A stretch of DNA of 64,000 nucleotides from NCBI GenBank assembly GCA_963802945.1, contig CAWDKY010000025.1, positions 96,001 through 160,000 on the forward strand, given 5' to 3'. The notes below the pieces were generated by a model. The model saw nothing but the letters and a program-made list of their open reading frames with translations. It searched no databases and had not been told where the DNA came from. Of this stretch, positions 10,178 through 20,333 are shown one piece after another; the stretch's first letter is position 1; every line of letters starts with the position of its first letter. The translations under genes were made by a program, and so were the position numbers. Origin of the DNA: an uncultured delta proteobacterium. Its GTDB lineage: Bacteria > Desulfobacterota > RBG-13-43-22.

Positions 10178-10993
10178 ATGGAATTAGGTCTTAAAGATAA
10201 GGTGGCCCTTATCACCGGAGGGGGACGGGGTATAGGCCGCCAAATTGCGCTGACCTTGGCCGAAGAGGGGGTAAAAGTAGCCGTAATTGACTTCTATGAA
10301 AAACGGGCCCAGGGTGTGGCAGATGAAATAAAAAAGGCCGGGGGAGCAGCCGTGGTGGTACGGGCGGATGTAACCGATTTGGAGCAGACAAAAACAATGG
10401 CCCAAAAGGTGGCAGATGAATGGGGAAGAATTGATATTCTCTGTAATAATGCAGGCAATAGAGGAATCGTTGACCCCTCAAAGAAAGAGAGGATCGGGGG
10501 TAAGTTCGAAGAGATGAATCCCATCCATTGGTCACAATATATGGGAGTAAATTTTTTTGGGGTTTTGAACTGCACCAAGGCCGTGCTGGACTATATGATC
10601 AAACAGAACTATGGCAAGATTATTAATACGATTTCCGATTCCGGGCGAATAGGAGAGTCAGGGAGGTCAGTTTACTCCGGTGCCAAGGCCGGTGTCGTGG
10701 GATTCACCAAAGCCCTGGCCAAGGAAATCGGAAAATATTGCATTAATGTCAACTGTGTCTCCCCCGGCGCCACCTATACGGAGGCCACTCTCGGCCGATT
10801 TGAAGACAGGACCGAAGCAAGAAAAGAGAGGGAAAAAAAATACTATGGGGTATATCCCATGGCCCGTGGGCTTCAGCGGTTGGGATTACCCGCCGACATA
10901 GCCAATATGGTGGTATTTTTATCTTCCGATCGAACCGAGTGGATCACCGGCCAGGTCATCAGTATCAGCGGAGGATATTCTATGGTTGATTAG
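10178..10993 (+). CDS. Short-chain dehydrogenase/reductase (BadH/FabG-like)
   Basis: TGGGRGIG, NNAG, YSGAK catalytic motif, ITGQVISISGG. Confidence 0.9.
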   Translation: MELGLKDKVALITGGGRGIGRQIALTLAEEGVKVAVIDFYEKRAQGVADEIKKAGGAAVVVRADVTDLEQTKTMAQKVADEWGRIDILCNNAGNRGIVDPSKKERIGGKFEEMNPIHWSQYMGVNFFGVLNCTKAVLDYMIKQNYGKIINTISDSGRIGESGRSVYSGAKAGVVGFTKALAKEIGKYCINVNCVSPGATYTEATLGRFEDRTEARKEREKKYYGVYPMARGLQRLGLPADIANMVVFLSSDRTEWITGQVISISGGYSMVD

Positions 10994-11000
10994 TTGGAAA

Positions 11001-11032
11001 AGAGTTCGGAGTTAAGAGTTACAAGTTCGGAG
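11001..11032. repeat. Short heptamer tandem repeat (xGAGTTx)
   Basis: agagttc-ggagtta-agagtta-caagttc-ggag in the intergenic gap. Confidence 0.5.
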
Positions 11033-11107
11033 AAAAATATATTCATACTACCTGAGCCATCAAGGGGAGTGAAGGTTTATTATGATATGGCCATCAAGGA
11101 GGCACAA

Positions 11108-11887
11108 ATGGCTTATGAAACCATTATATTGGAAAAGGAAGGCAGTGTCCGGATCATCACCCTTAATCGTCCGGACCGCCTCAATGCCCTGAATACTCAG
11201 ATTCTTTCGGAATTAGCCCAGGCCATCGGCGAGATAGAAAAAGATCAGGAGTGTCTGAGTGTTGTTATCACCGGAGCAGGCCGAGGTTTCTGCGCCGGGG
11301 CCGATATCAAGGAGAGGGCCAAACCCGGCGGCAGGCCATCCGGTGGACGGGGAAGTACACGTTTCTCATTATTTAATAGATTGGAAGAGCTTGGAAAACC
11401 GGTTATTGCCGCCATTAACGGTCCCTGTAACGGAGGCGGGCTGGAATTGGCACTTTGCTGCGATTTTCGCATTGCCTCCCAAGCGGCCAGTTTTGGGTTC
11501 GGCGAGGTCAAGCTTGGAGTCATTCCGGCTGCGGGCGGCACGGCCAGGCTTCCCAGACTCATCGGCCCGGCCAAGGCCAAGGAATTTCTCTATTTCGGTA
11601 ATGTTGTCCCGGCTGAAGAAGCGCATAGGCTGGGTATTATTAACCGTGTCGTGGCCCCGGATGATTTGATGTCCGAAGCCAGGCGATGGGCTTCCGAACT
11701 GGCCGAAAGGCCCCCTCTTTCATTGAGAATGCTCAAGAATTGCGTGAATACGGGTATGCAGATGAACCTGCAGGAGGCCATCGATTATGAATCCAAATGC
11801 ATGGCCATCCTGGCCAGAACGGAAGACCGCATTGAGGGGATGCGTGCCTTCGTTGAAAAGAGAAAACCTGTGTTTAAAGGCAGGTAA
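11108..11887 (+). CDS. Enoyl-CoA hydratase/isomerase (crotonase)
   Basis: LNRPDRLNAL, FCAGADI, GGGLELA, GEVKLG (both catalytic Glu), EKRKPVFKG; RBS aaggagg before ATG 11108. Confidence 0.92.
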   Translation: MAYETIILEKEGSVRIITLNRPDRLNALNTQILSELAQAIGEIEKDQECLSVVITGAGRGFCAGADIKERAKPGGRPSGGRGSTRFSLFNRLEELGKPVIAAINGPCNGGGLELALCCDFRIASQAASFGFGEVKLGVIPAAGGTARLPRLIGPAKAKEFLYFGNVVPAEEAHRLGIINRVVAPDDLMSEARRWASELAERPPLSLRMLKNCVNTGMQMNLQEAIDYESKCMAILARTEDRIEGMRAFVEKRKPVFKGR

Positions 11888-11905
11888 TCAAGCCAGGGCT
11901 TAATT

Positions 11906-11990
11906 TGGAGCACTGGAGTATTGGAGTGCTGGAATACTATAAATTTGGAGTACTAGGGTTTTCACCATTACTCCATCACTCCAGTATTTC
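11906..11990. repeat. Octamer tandem-repeat hairpin (TGGAGTAy...TACTCCA)
   Basis: tggagcac-tggagtat-tggagtgc-tggaatac followed by inverted ccattactccatcactcca. Confidence 0.65.
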
Positions 11991-12010
11991 GTATCAAAGG
12001 AGACTAGTTC

Positions 12011-13186
12011 ATGGAGTTTGATCCCACAGATGAGCAAAAAAAATTGCAACTGGAATTCAGGGCGTTTTTGGAAAGAGAGATTGCCCCAGTTGTTGACGAA
12101 CGCGAGCAATACGGGCCCTTCAGCCGGGAGGAAGTCGTCGGCTACATTAAAAAGCTGAGGGGTTATGGGTTTTACACCGGACGCCTAGGTAAGCGATACG
12201 GAGGAGTGGATGTCGATCCGATTGTCAGAATGCTTTATTCGGAGGAGCTAAACCGTGTCTGGGTCAGTTTAGCGGCCACTATCGGAATTGCCTCCGCTTC
12301 GATTCCTGCGGTGCTCGGCGCCCCGGAAGAAATAAGGCAAAGGTTGCTACCCAGGCTGATGGAAGGCGACCTCATCGGCTGTGCGGCTATCACCGAACCG
12401 AACGCCGGATCAAATGCCGCGGCCATCTTGACCAAGGCCGAACTTCATGGGGACCATTATGTCTTGAACGGCACCAAGACCTGGATTTCCAACGCGACCA
12501 TATCCGATTTTTGTGTCGCCCTTTGCATTACAGAAAAGGACAAGGGACCTCTGGGAATCTCTCGTATCTTTATTGAAAGGGATGTTTCGCCGTATGAGAC
12601 CAGGGAATTGCATAAGATGGGCCAGTATTGTTTCCCAACCGGAGAGATATCATTTGTGAATTGCCGGGTACCTAAAATAAACCTGATGACCCCAGGCGGC
12701 CGTTCCAGCGGCCGTTCCGGTTATCAAAGGCAAATGGCCGGCTTCGAGCGCGCACGAACCGGAGTGACCATTACGGCCACCGGTTTATGTCAGGCCGCTG
12801 TGGATGCCTCGATAAAGTACGCCCGGGAAAGAAAGCAATTCGGACGTCCCATCGGCAGTTTTCAACTGGTCCAACAGATGATCGCCGATATGATTACTGA
12901 AACAATGGCTGTACGTTTATTGGCTTATCGGTCCAATTATCTCATTAGAAAAGGGGTGAGAGCCCGGATTGAGTCCTCTGTGGCCAAGGCTTATGGATCT
13001 GAAACCGCAGTGCGGGTGACCTCCAGAGCGGTGGAGATTCATGGTGCAGCAGGCCTGGTGGAGACACATCCTGTGGCCAGATTCTATCGGGATGCCCGTA
13101 CGCTGACCATTCCGGACGGGACCACCCAGATTCAAAAGTTGATCATCGGACGAGAATCTCTCGGAATAAGAGCCTTTGACGGATAA
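12011..13186 (+). CDS. Acyl-CoA dehydrogenase with Asp at the catalytic position
   Basis: TEPNAGS, KTWISN, RKQFGRPIGSFQ, IPDGTTQIQK. Confidence 0.92.
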   Translation: MEFDPTDEQKKLQLEFRAFLEREIAPVVDEREQYGPFSREEVVGYIKKLRGYGFYTGRLGKRYGGVDVDPIVRMLYSEELNRVWVSLAATIGIASASIPAVLGAPEEIRQRLLPRLMEGDLIGCAAITEPNAGSNAAAILTKAELHGDHYVLNGTKTWISNATISDFCVALCITEKDKGPLGISRIFIERDVSPYETRELHKMGQYCFPTGEISFVNCRVPKINLMTPGGRSSGRSGYQRQMAGFERARTGVTITATGLCQAAVDASIKYARERKQFGRPIGSFQLVQQMIADMITETMAVRLLAYRSNYLIRKGVRARIESSVAKAYGSETAVRVTSRAVEIHGAAGLVETHPVARFYRDARTLTIPDGTTQIQKLIIGRESLGIRAFDG

Positions 13187-13352
13187 ACAAAAAATACTTG
13201 CGCCCAGTTCAATGTCTTGATAACCATATCCGTTTAGTATTGGAGATTTCTTGGCCTGGAATGAGGTTCTTTATTTATTAAGCTTAACATATTCTTTAAA
13301 CCATGACCCCGGATTTTAGGGAAGATCATGGAATAGCTTTGGGAGGATAAAA

Positions 13353-14180
13353 ATGAGCACAAAAATTGAAGAAGGTATGATGAAGGCACATGACGGCACA
13401 AACATTTTTCTGACCCGAAATCCCACAGACCGCCCCAAGGCGGCGATTATCATTGTCCATGGAATTTGTGAACACTTGGGACGCTATAACTATACCACTT
13501 CCCGTTTTAACGAATGGGGCTATTCGGTTTATCGATTTGATCTCCGAGGGCATGGACGTTCCGGCGGTCAAAGGGGATATGTGGAGAGCTATGAACTTTT
13601 TATCGAGGATACTGACCTGATCGTTAGTGCGGCCAAGCAGGAAAACCCAGGTCTTCCGATATTCCTGCTCGGTCATAGTATGGGAGGATTTATTTCCGTG
13701 GCCTATGGAATAAAACACCAGGACCGTCTTTCTGGGCTTATTCATTCCGGGTCGGCCGTCATGATCCTGCCGATGGTTAAAGATCTGGGAGAGGGCTTCG
13801 ATTACAACGCCATGGCTTTATCCCCTATCCCGAATGCCTTATCCAACTTGATCAGCCATGATCCGGAGGTGGTAAAGGCTTATGACGATGATCCTCTGGT
13901 GCTCAAAGAGTTTACGATAAAGCTTATGGGAGAAGTTTTTATCAGTGGGGTGAATTGGGTTCTGAAAAATATGGGTAGCTACCGTTATCCATGTTTAATC
14001 CTTCACGGTGGCGATGATCAGATTGTCCCATGTGAGGCTTCACAAAATCTATATGATCACATTGCCTCGACGGACAAGCAGATTAAGATCTACGATGGCC
14101 TCTATCATGAGATCTTGAATGAACCAGAAAAGGAGACCGTTCTGGCCGATATCCGTCAATGGATTAAAGCTCGGATCTGA
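13353..14180 (+). CDS. Alpha/beta hydrolase, lysophospholipase/monoacylglycerol lipase-like
   Basis: HGICEH, DLRGHGRSGG, GHSMGG nucleophile, HGGDDQIV, YHEILNE. Confidence 0.9.
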   Translation: MSTKIEEGMMKAHDGTNIFLTRNPTDRPKAAIIIVHGICEHLGRYNYTTSRFNEWGYSVYRFDLRGHGRSGGQRGYVESYELFIEDTDLIVSAAKQENPGLPIFLLGHSMGGFISVAYGIKHQDRLSGLIHSGSAVMILPMVKDLGEGFDYNAMALSPIPNALSNLISHDPEVVKAYDDDPLVLKEFTIKLMGEVFISGVNWVLKNMGSYRYPCLILHGGDDQIVPCEASQNLYDHIASTDKQIKIYDGLYHEILNEPEKETVLADIRQWIKARI

Positions 14181-14197
14181 TTGGTTAACACAAAAAA

Positions 14198-14456
14198 GGG
14201 ATCAAGGATTTAAGGATTCCAGGGTTCTAGTATAGTGTCTCAATAATAGGTTTATAATAGTCCAAATTTGTCATTCCTGCCCCGCATCAAGTGCGGGATA
14301 GACTCCAGCAGGAATCCAGGGTAAAAATACTGGATTCCGGATCAAGTCCGGAATGACAATCTTGTAAAATGAATATTGTTACAGTAAACTAATTAATTAA
14401 CTTCAATGCCTTTCACTCCGTACCGCGGTCCTTTGCCTCTGGAATCCTTGAATTCT
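14198..14456. repeat. Octamer-repeat inverted arms (GGATTCAA-type) enclosing a nested palindromic element
   Basis: Left arm ggatcaaggatttaaggattccag; right arm ctggaatccttgaattc; between convergent genes. Confidence 0.6.
14268..14359. repeat. REP-like palindromic element (TTGTCATTCC...GGAATGACAA)
   Basis: Perfect 10-bp terminal inverted repeat; internal stems cccgca-tcaag-tgcggg, aatccag/ctggatt and ccgga-tcaag-tccgg. Confidence 0.75.
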
Positions 14457-14464
14457 GTTTTTGA

Positions 14465-15730
14465 CTATTTCCTTTCAATGATCATACAGATGCCTTGACC
14501 GCCGCCGCCGCAGATGGTTTCCAGGCCATATCGGCTGTCCCTTCTGGTCATTTCATTAATCAGAGTGGTCAAACGCATGGTCCCTGTGGCCCCGATGGGG
14601 TGCCCCAGGGAAATACCCGAACCATTCACGTTTACCTTGGCATCCATGGCTTCGTCATTGAGGCCGGATAGCTTGGCATCGGCCAGGGCCTGAACGGCAA
14701 AGGCCTCTTGAACCTCGATAAGATCAATCTGATCAATGGTGGCATTGATTTTTTGAAGGGCCTTTTGAACCGAGGCCGGCACGGCCGGATAGGTCAGGGT
14801 CGGATCGGTGGCGGCTATGGCGCAGGAACGATAATAGACCAGGGGTTTGGCCCCGATGGCCTTGGCCTTCTTTTCCGAGGCCAGGACGACCACGGCGGCA
14901 CCGTCATTCTCGGAAGAGGAATTTCCGGCCGTGCAAACACCATCCTGATATACCGGTCGGAGTTTAGCCAGTCTTTCCAAGGTCGTGTCTCTCCTCGGCC
15001 CCTCGTCGGTGTTGAAAAACAGGGGCTGCCCGTCTTTCCCTTTGCCGAGAGGAATGGTCACGATCTCCTGGGAGAATTTTCCCGCATCCTGGGCGGCAAT
15101 GGCCCTTTGATGGCTGCGAAAGGCCCAGCGGTCGGCCGCTTCGCGGGTGATGTTTTCTTTTTTTGCCGCGGCCTCGGCCCAGGTCATCATAGAGCTCAAC
15201 TCGCCGTAACGGGCAATAGGTTGGGACATGACCCTGGCCCGCTGAATGCGGTCATAAAAAGGGATGCCCCACATAGCCAGGGCCCCATGGCCTCTGGGCA
15301 TGAAGCCGTATTTTTCATGGCTCTTTCCTCCCAAGCCCCATTTGATATCTCCGGGGATGTAAAGTTCGGCCTGGCTCATACTGTCCATCCCGCCGGCGAT
15401 GACCAGATCCGCATCACCAGCCTGGATCTTCAAGGCCCCATAATAGATGGATTCCAAACCAGAACAGCATCTCCGGTCCAAAACTACACCGGGGACTGAA
15501 TCGGGCCAACCGGCATCAAGAACGGCCATGCGGGCCCCGTTGGCACATTCACCGTTCTGATAAGCCGTTCCCATGATCACATCTTCAATCAGGGCAGGAT
15601 CGATATTGGCCCGTTTGACCGCTTCTTTAAGGACCAGACTCCCCAGGCGGTAAACCGGGATGTCTTTTAAGGCACCGCCGTAACTCCCGATGGGAGTACG
15701 GGCACAACTGAGAATGACGACATTTTCCAT
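14465..15730 (-). CDS. Acetyl-CoA C-acyltransferase (thiolase)
   Basis: ARTPIG, RRCCSG nucleophile, QEAFA, GHPIGATG, TICGGGGQG. Confidence 0.92.
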   Translation of the reverse strand: MENVVILSCARTPIGSYGGALKDIPVYRLGSLVLKEAVKRANIDPALIEDVIMGTAYQNGECANGARMAVLDAGWPDSVPGVVLDRRCCSGLESIYYGALKIQAGDADLVIAGGMDSMSQAELYIPGDIKWGLGGKSHEKYGFMPRGHGALAMWGIPFYDRIQRARVMSQPIARYGELSSMMTWAEAAAKKENITREAADRWAFRSHQRAIAAQDAGKFSQEIVTIPLGKGKDGQPLFFNTDEGPRRDTTLERLAKLRPVYQDGVCTAGNSSSENDGAAVVVLASEKKAKAIGAKPLVYYRSCAIAATDPTLTYPAVPASVQKALQKINATIDQIDLIEVQEAFAVQALADAKLSGLNDEAMDAKVNVNGSGISLGHPIGATGTMRLTTLINEMTRRDSRYGLETICGGGGQGICMIIERK

Positions 15731-15759
15731 TTTGTTTCACCTCGTTTAATATTAAAATA

Positions 15760-15840
15760 GGGTTCGAGGATTCAAGGATTCGAGGGTTCAAGTGTTTTAC
15801 TTTCCATGCCTTCCCATTGAATCCTTGGACCCTTGAATTC
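15760..15840. repeat. Octamer tandem-repeat hairpin (GGATTCAA/TTGAATCC)
   Basis: ggttcgaggattcaaggattcgagggttcaag...ttgaatccttggacccttgaattc; same family as the arms at 14.2-14.45 kb. Confidence 0.7.
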
Positions 15841-15849
15841 TTCTCTTCT

Positions 15850-16738
15850 TTAGAAATTCATGTCTGTTCTAGGCTTCTTTTCACCGGAGGTATAATCATA
15901 CCATCCCTTTCCGGTCTTTTTCCCTAGGTCTCCGCTTTGAACCAGTTTTTCCAAAATGAGGAAGGGGCGGAACTTGGGATCTTTATATCCTTCATAAAGG
16001 GTCCTAAAAACATTGAGACCAATATCCAAACCCACGGCATCATTGAGTTCGAAATGGTCCCATCGGATGATTGAGCCCGAGCTTTACGGCCTTGTCAATA
16101 TCCTCAAGGCTGGCGACCCCTTCCAGCAAGCAGTTATACACCTCGGCCCTGAAAGCGGCATTGACCCGGTTGACCAGAAATCCCGGGACATCCTTCACAC
16201 GAACCGTTTCTTTTTTCATCTTGGCGGCTACGGCTTCGGTTATTTTTATGGTCTCTTCTGAAGTTTTCAAAGCACAGATTACCTCGACCAGACGCATAAC
16301 CGGAACCGGGCTGAAAAAGTGCATACCGATGAATCGGTCAGGACGCCGAGTAGCTGTGGCCAGGGATGTGATTGGGATCGAAGAGGTATTCGAGGCAAAA
16401 ACGGTCTCCTCCCGGCAAAGATTGTCTATTTTCTGAAAAACGGCTTGCTTGACTTCAAGATTTTCAAAGACCGCTTCAATGATAAAATCCGCATCCTTGG
16501 CGTCTTCCAGCCGAATCGATTTTTTTATGTGTCCCAAGGTTTCATCTTTTTGCGCCGCGGTTATTCTTTCTTTTTTCACCTGATTGTCCAGGTTTTTTTG
16601 AATGGCCATGAATCCTTTTTCCACTAAGGCCTCGGCCATATCGTTCAGAATGACATCAAACCCGTTCTGGGCGGCCACCTGGGCAATACCGCCCCCCATC
16701 AGACCCGCTCCAACGACCATAATCTTTTTCGGTTCCAT
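15850..16738 (-). CDS. hbd: 3-hydroxybutyryl-CoA dehydrogenase (frameshift near 16053, probable sequencing error)
   Basis: GAGLMGGGIAQ, SNTSS, GMHFFSP, PGFLVNR, HPMGPF; continues in another frame as GLDIG...GKKTGKGWYDY. Confidence 0.85.
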
Positions 16739-16872
16739 AATTAGAAATACCTCCTTTATCCGTTTTTTATTGGTTTCTTGTGATATCATTATGGGATAGA
16801 AATAAGAGCTAAAAAAAGTTTTTGATGAAAAGAATATAGAATAAACTCAGAAGTGGGGTCAAGGAGAAAAAA

Positions 16873-18330
16873 TTATAGTGGCGGGCGGCGGAGATGATGG
16901 TCTGTGGCCTGTTCAAAGGCAAAAGCGGCCTGAAGGATCTTTTCCTCTTCAAAGTGGTTTCCCAGAATTTGCAGGCCGATGGGCAGCCCCTGGCTACTGA
17001 ATCCGCAGGGCAAAGAAAGGCCGGGGATACCGGCCAGGTTGGCCGAGATAGTGAAGATATCGGTCAGATACATCTGCAAAGGATCGGAGGATTTTTCCCC
17101 AAGACGGAAGGCCGGGGAGGGGGCCACAGGAGTGATAATCAGATCACAGGTCTGAAAGGCCTGTTTAAAATCTCCGTGAATCAAGGTGCGGACCTGAGAG
17201 GCCTTCTTATAGTAAGCATCATAATACCCGGCTGAAAGGACATAGGTCCCCAGCATGATTCGCCGAATGACTTCCGCCCCAAATCCATGAGTCCGGGTCT
17301 TTTTATACATTTCCATCAGACTATGTTCCTTGGGTTCTCGAAAGCCGTACTTGATCCCATCATAGCGGGCCAGGTTGGAACTGGCCTCGGCCATGGCAAT
17401 AATATAATAGACGGCAATGGCGAATTCCGTATGGGGCAAAGTAATTTCCCGACAGGTTGCCCCAAGCGCGGTTAAAGTGGAAATGGCCTTATGAATGCTT
17501 TGGTCCACTTCAGGGTCCATTCCGGCCACAAAATATTCTTTGGGAATCCCTAGGGTCAAGCCGTCTAAACGTTTCTGCAAGTTCTTGCTATAATCCGGAA
17601 CAGCCTGAGGGACGGAAGTGGAATCTTTCGGGTCATGGCCGCAAATCGCATTCATCAACCAAGCGCAATCAGAAACGGTTTTGCCTATCGGTCCGATTTG
17701 ATCCAACGAAGAGGCATAGGCCACCAATCCAAAACGAGATACCCGACCGTAGGTGGGTTTCATTCCCACGACCCCGCAATGAGAGGCCGGTTGACGTATG
17801 GACCCACCGGTATCCGACCCGATAGCCGCCAGACATTCATCCGCGGCCACGGCCGCTGCCGATCCGCCGCTGGAGCCTCCAGGGATATAACCCAGATTCC
17901 AGGGATTATGAGTCCTTTTTATGGACGAATTTTCTGTGGAAGAGCCCATGGCAAATTCATCCATATTGGTTTTGCCGATTAAAACAATTCCTTCGGACTT
18001 AAGCCTAGTCATAACCGTGGCATCATAGGGAGGGATATAGTTTTTCAGGATTCTAGAGGCACAGGTAGTCTTGATTCCCTTGGTAGAAATCAAATCCTTG
18101 ACAGCCATTGGGATGCCGGTCAATGGGCCGATCTTACCTTTGGAAATAGTTTCATCGGCCTGGCGGGCCTGTTGCAGAGCCGATTCTGGGATCAGGGTTA
18201 TATAGGCCTCGACCTTGGGTTCCACCTGTTCGATTCGAGACAAAACCGACTGAGTCAATTCCAGGGAACTGATCTCTTTGTTTATTAATTTTTCGTGGGC
18301 CTGGGTTATGGTTAATTCAAAGAGTTCCAT
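16873..18330 (-). CDS. gatA: Asp-tRNA(Asn)/Glu-tRNA(Gln) amidotransferase subunit A
   Basis: [55 protein letters not shown]. Confidence 0.97.
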   Translation of the reverse strand: MELFELTITQAHEKLINKEISSLELTQSVLSRIEQVEPKVEAYITLIPESALQQARQADETISKGKIGPLTGIPMAVKDLISTKGIKTTCASRILKNYIPPYDATVMTRLKSEGIVLIGKTNMDEFAMGSSTENSSIKRTHNPWNLGYIPGGSSGGSAAAVAADECLAAIGSDTGGSIRQPASHCGVVGMKPTYGRVSRFGLVAYASSLDQIGPIGKTVSDCAWLMNAICGHDPKDSTSVPQAVPDYSKNLQKRLDGLTLGIPKEYFVAGMDPEVDQSIHKAISTLTALGATCREITLPHTEFAIAVYYIIAMAEASSNLARYDGIKYGFREPKEHSLMEMYKKTRTHGFGAEVIRRIMLGTYVLSAGYYDAYYKKASQVRTLIHGDFKQAFQTCDLIITPVAPSPAFRLGEKSSDPLQMYLTDIFTISANLAGIPGLSLPCGFSSQGLPIGLQILGNHFEEEKILQAAFAFEQATDHHLRRPPL

Positions 18331-18413
18331 GGTTTTTTTGCTTACCTAATATCCCTATTATGAGCTCTCATGACCGCTTGGGGCGGGCGTCGCGAAGCGT
18401 GAGTATTGAACTT

Positions 18414-18463
18414 AGAATCAAGAAGTTAAAAGTTGTTATTCTGGATTCTGACTCCTGGATTCT
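18414..18463. repeat. Heptamer repeat hairpin (TTCTGGA-type) between gatC and gatA
   Basis: agaatcaagaag...ttctggattctgactcctggattctg. Confidence 0.5.
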
Positions 18464-18486
18464 GTATACTTGTTTTTATCTTCAAA

Positions 18487-18771
18487 CTAAATAACCTTGG
18501 GCACCACAAAAGATCCTCCTCCCTGCTCGGGGGCCAGGGCCAGAACATCCTCTTGATCCAGTGAAGGAATGATCTTGTCGTTCCGAAAGGCATTGGACAG
18601 GTGCAAGGCATGGGTCGTGGGTTCAATGCCGGTAGTATCGAGTTCAGATAATTTTTCCATATAAAGCAAAATATTATTGAGTTGAGGGGTAATGGTTTCT
18701 ATCTCTTTTGCCCCTAACTGCAGCCGGGCCAGATGAGCAATATGCTCTACCTCTGATTTCGAAAGTTTCAT
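18487..18771 (-). CDS. gatC: Amidotransferase subunit C
   Basis: EVEHIAHLARL...LSELDTTGIEPT...FVVPKVI; directly upstream of gatA. Confidence 0.95.
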   Translation of the reverse strand: MKLSKSEVEHIAHLARLQLGAKEIETITPQLNNILLYMEKLSELDTTGIEPTTHALHLSNAFRNDKIIPSLDQEDVLALAPEQGGGSFVVPKVI

Positions 18772-18776
18772 TGGAA

Positions 18777-19811
18777 TTAAACCCTTTCCCAGAAATTTTT
18801 TTGAATAGCCCAAACTTTTTCAACGATCGGCAAATCAGGGCGAGTGTCGGAAAGTTGTTCCCTGGAAGAAAGAATAGTTTCTCCCAGGAGTTCTTTGAGG
18901 ACGGCTAAAACAGAAAAATGCAAACCTTCCGGATGATAACCTCCCTCTAAGGCCAATAATAAACGGCCTTCACAAACTTCCCGAGCTAATTGCATGAGGA
19001 TTCGAGTCATACGGGCAAATCCTTTAGGAGTGACAAGCTGTGCACCTAATGGATCTTCGTAATAAGTATCAAACCCGGCAGAGGTCAAGATCAGATCGGG
19101 CTTGAATTGCCGGGCAACGGGTTGAAGAATTCTTTCGAAGATCTGGGCAAAATCTTCATCCTGGTAGCCGCTGGAAAGGGGGCAATTTACCGTAAACCCT
19201 TGGGCCGTTTTTCCTCCCACCTCACCCAGCCCCCCTGTACCGGGATAATAAGGATACTGATGGGTCGAGAAATACAGGACCCGGTTGTTATCCCAGAAAG
19301 AGTGCTGAGTTCCGTTACCGTGATGGAGGTCCCAATCAACGATCAAAATTCGTTCCAATCCGTGTTGACGCCTGGCATATTCAGCAGCCAGGGCCACGTT
19401 GTTGAAGAGGCAAAAACCCATGGCCCGATTGGCTTCGGCGTGATGACCCGGAGGCCGGATGAGGGCAAAACCGTTATCGATATGCCCGACCAGTAAGGCA
19501 TCGACCAGGGCAAAGAGACCTCCGACGGCCATCAGGGCGGCTTCATAAGATTTGGCGGAAGTCTGGGTGTCAGGATCCAAAGAGGTGTAAGACTTGCTGG
19601 CCGTTGAGGCGATCTGCTGGATATAATCCGGCGTATGAATATAGGCCACTTCCGCCTGGGTTGCCGGGCGGGGCGGAACAGAGATAAGCTGACCTGAAAA
19701 ATTATCTTCCACCATCTGATAAAGCACTTCGAGTCGCTGGGGACTTTCCACATGGGGAACCCCCCTGATATGTTCCAAATAAATAGGGTCCTGGATGAGA
19801 GCGGTATTCAA
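18777..19811 (-). CDS. Zn-dependent histone deacetylase-family (AcuC/AphA-like) deacylase
   Basis: HVESPQRL, RPPGHHA, GFCLFNNVA, DWDLHHGNGTQ, SAGFD, LEGGY. Confidence 0.93.
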   Translation of the reverse strand: MNTALIQDPIYLEHIRGVPHVESPQRLEVLYQMVEDNFSGQLISVPPRPATQAEVAYIHTPDYIQQIASTASKSYTSLDPDTQTSAKSYEAALMAVGGLFALVDALLVGHIDNGFALIRPPGHHAEANRAMGFCLFNNVALAAEYARRQHGLERILIVDWDLHHGNGTQHSFWDNNRVLYFSTHQYPYYPGTGGLGEVGGKTAQGFTVNCPLSSGYQDEDFAQIFERILQPVARQFKPDLILTSAGFDTYYEDPLGAQLVTPKGFARMTRILMQLAREVCEGRLLLALEGGYHPEGLHFSVLAVLKELLGETILSSREQLSDTRPDLPIVEKVWAIQKNFWERV

Positions 19812-20333
19812 TGATAGGCCTCCAAATTAAATTAAGATGAAGTTAACAACAGGTCAGGGGCGTTGTCAAGAATGAAATGGGAGATCGGGAAACGCCTTCA
19901 GCTTGTTCCAAGGGAAAAAGCTGCTGAGGCCAATTCATGCACCGCATCGTCAAATCCATCCCACCCGAGCTGAAAGACCTGAAAATGAGCGGCGAGGCTG
20001 AGCCCTGCATTTAAATGTGTGCCCTAACGGCTTCCCGTGGCCCTATGTGGACCAGGGAGAATTGCGGGGGAGATGGTGCGTTAGATTGCTGCGGTCGGAA
20101 AGATGAGATCGGAAGAATTGCTACCCAACAGAAAGGCCGAGCAAAAGCCTTTTTGGGTTGTGCATAATAAGTTCTATGTTTTTCTCCTTGACTCTCAATT
20201 ATTCATTTTATAATCTTTCCAGCCAAAAGGAAATGACAAATTTTTCTGCCCTGGAAGAAATCTAAAAAAGGATGAAGTTCGACGATCAATGATCAAGGAA
20301 CACCAAATATTTTATTATTTTTGAAAGGTAAAA

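Noticed and set aside
10994-11107. N-terminal extension of the crotonase
   Set aside because: Read-through of a heptamer repeat; strong RBS before ATG 11108.
11906-11990. Short tandem repeats as a CRISPR array
   Set aside because: Units are 7-8 nt without spacers; no cas genes in the window.
14708-15499. Long antisense ORFs (this 263-aa one, 42905-43627, 36264-36857 and similar)
   Set aside because: Shadows of well-supported genes on the opposite strand, with no motifs.
19880-20160. GC-rich intergenic stretch with a cagctt/aagctg hairpin, considered as 6S/SRP RNA or a Fic remnant
   Set aside because: No diagnostic RNA motif and no sustained reading frame.
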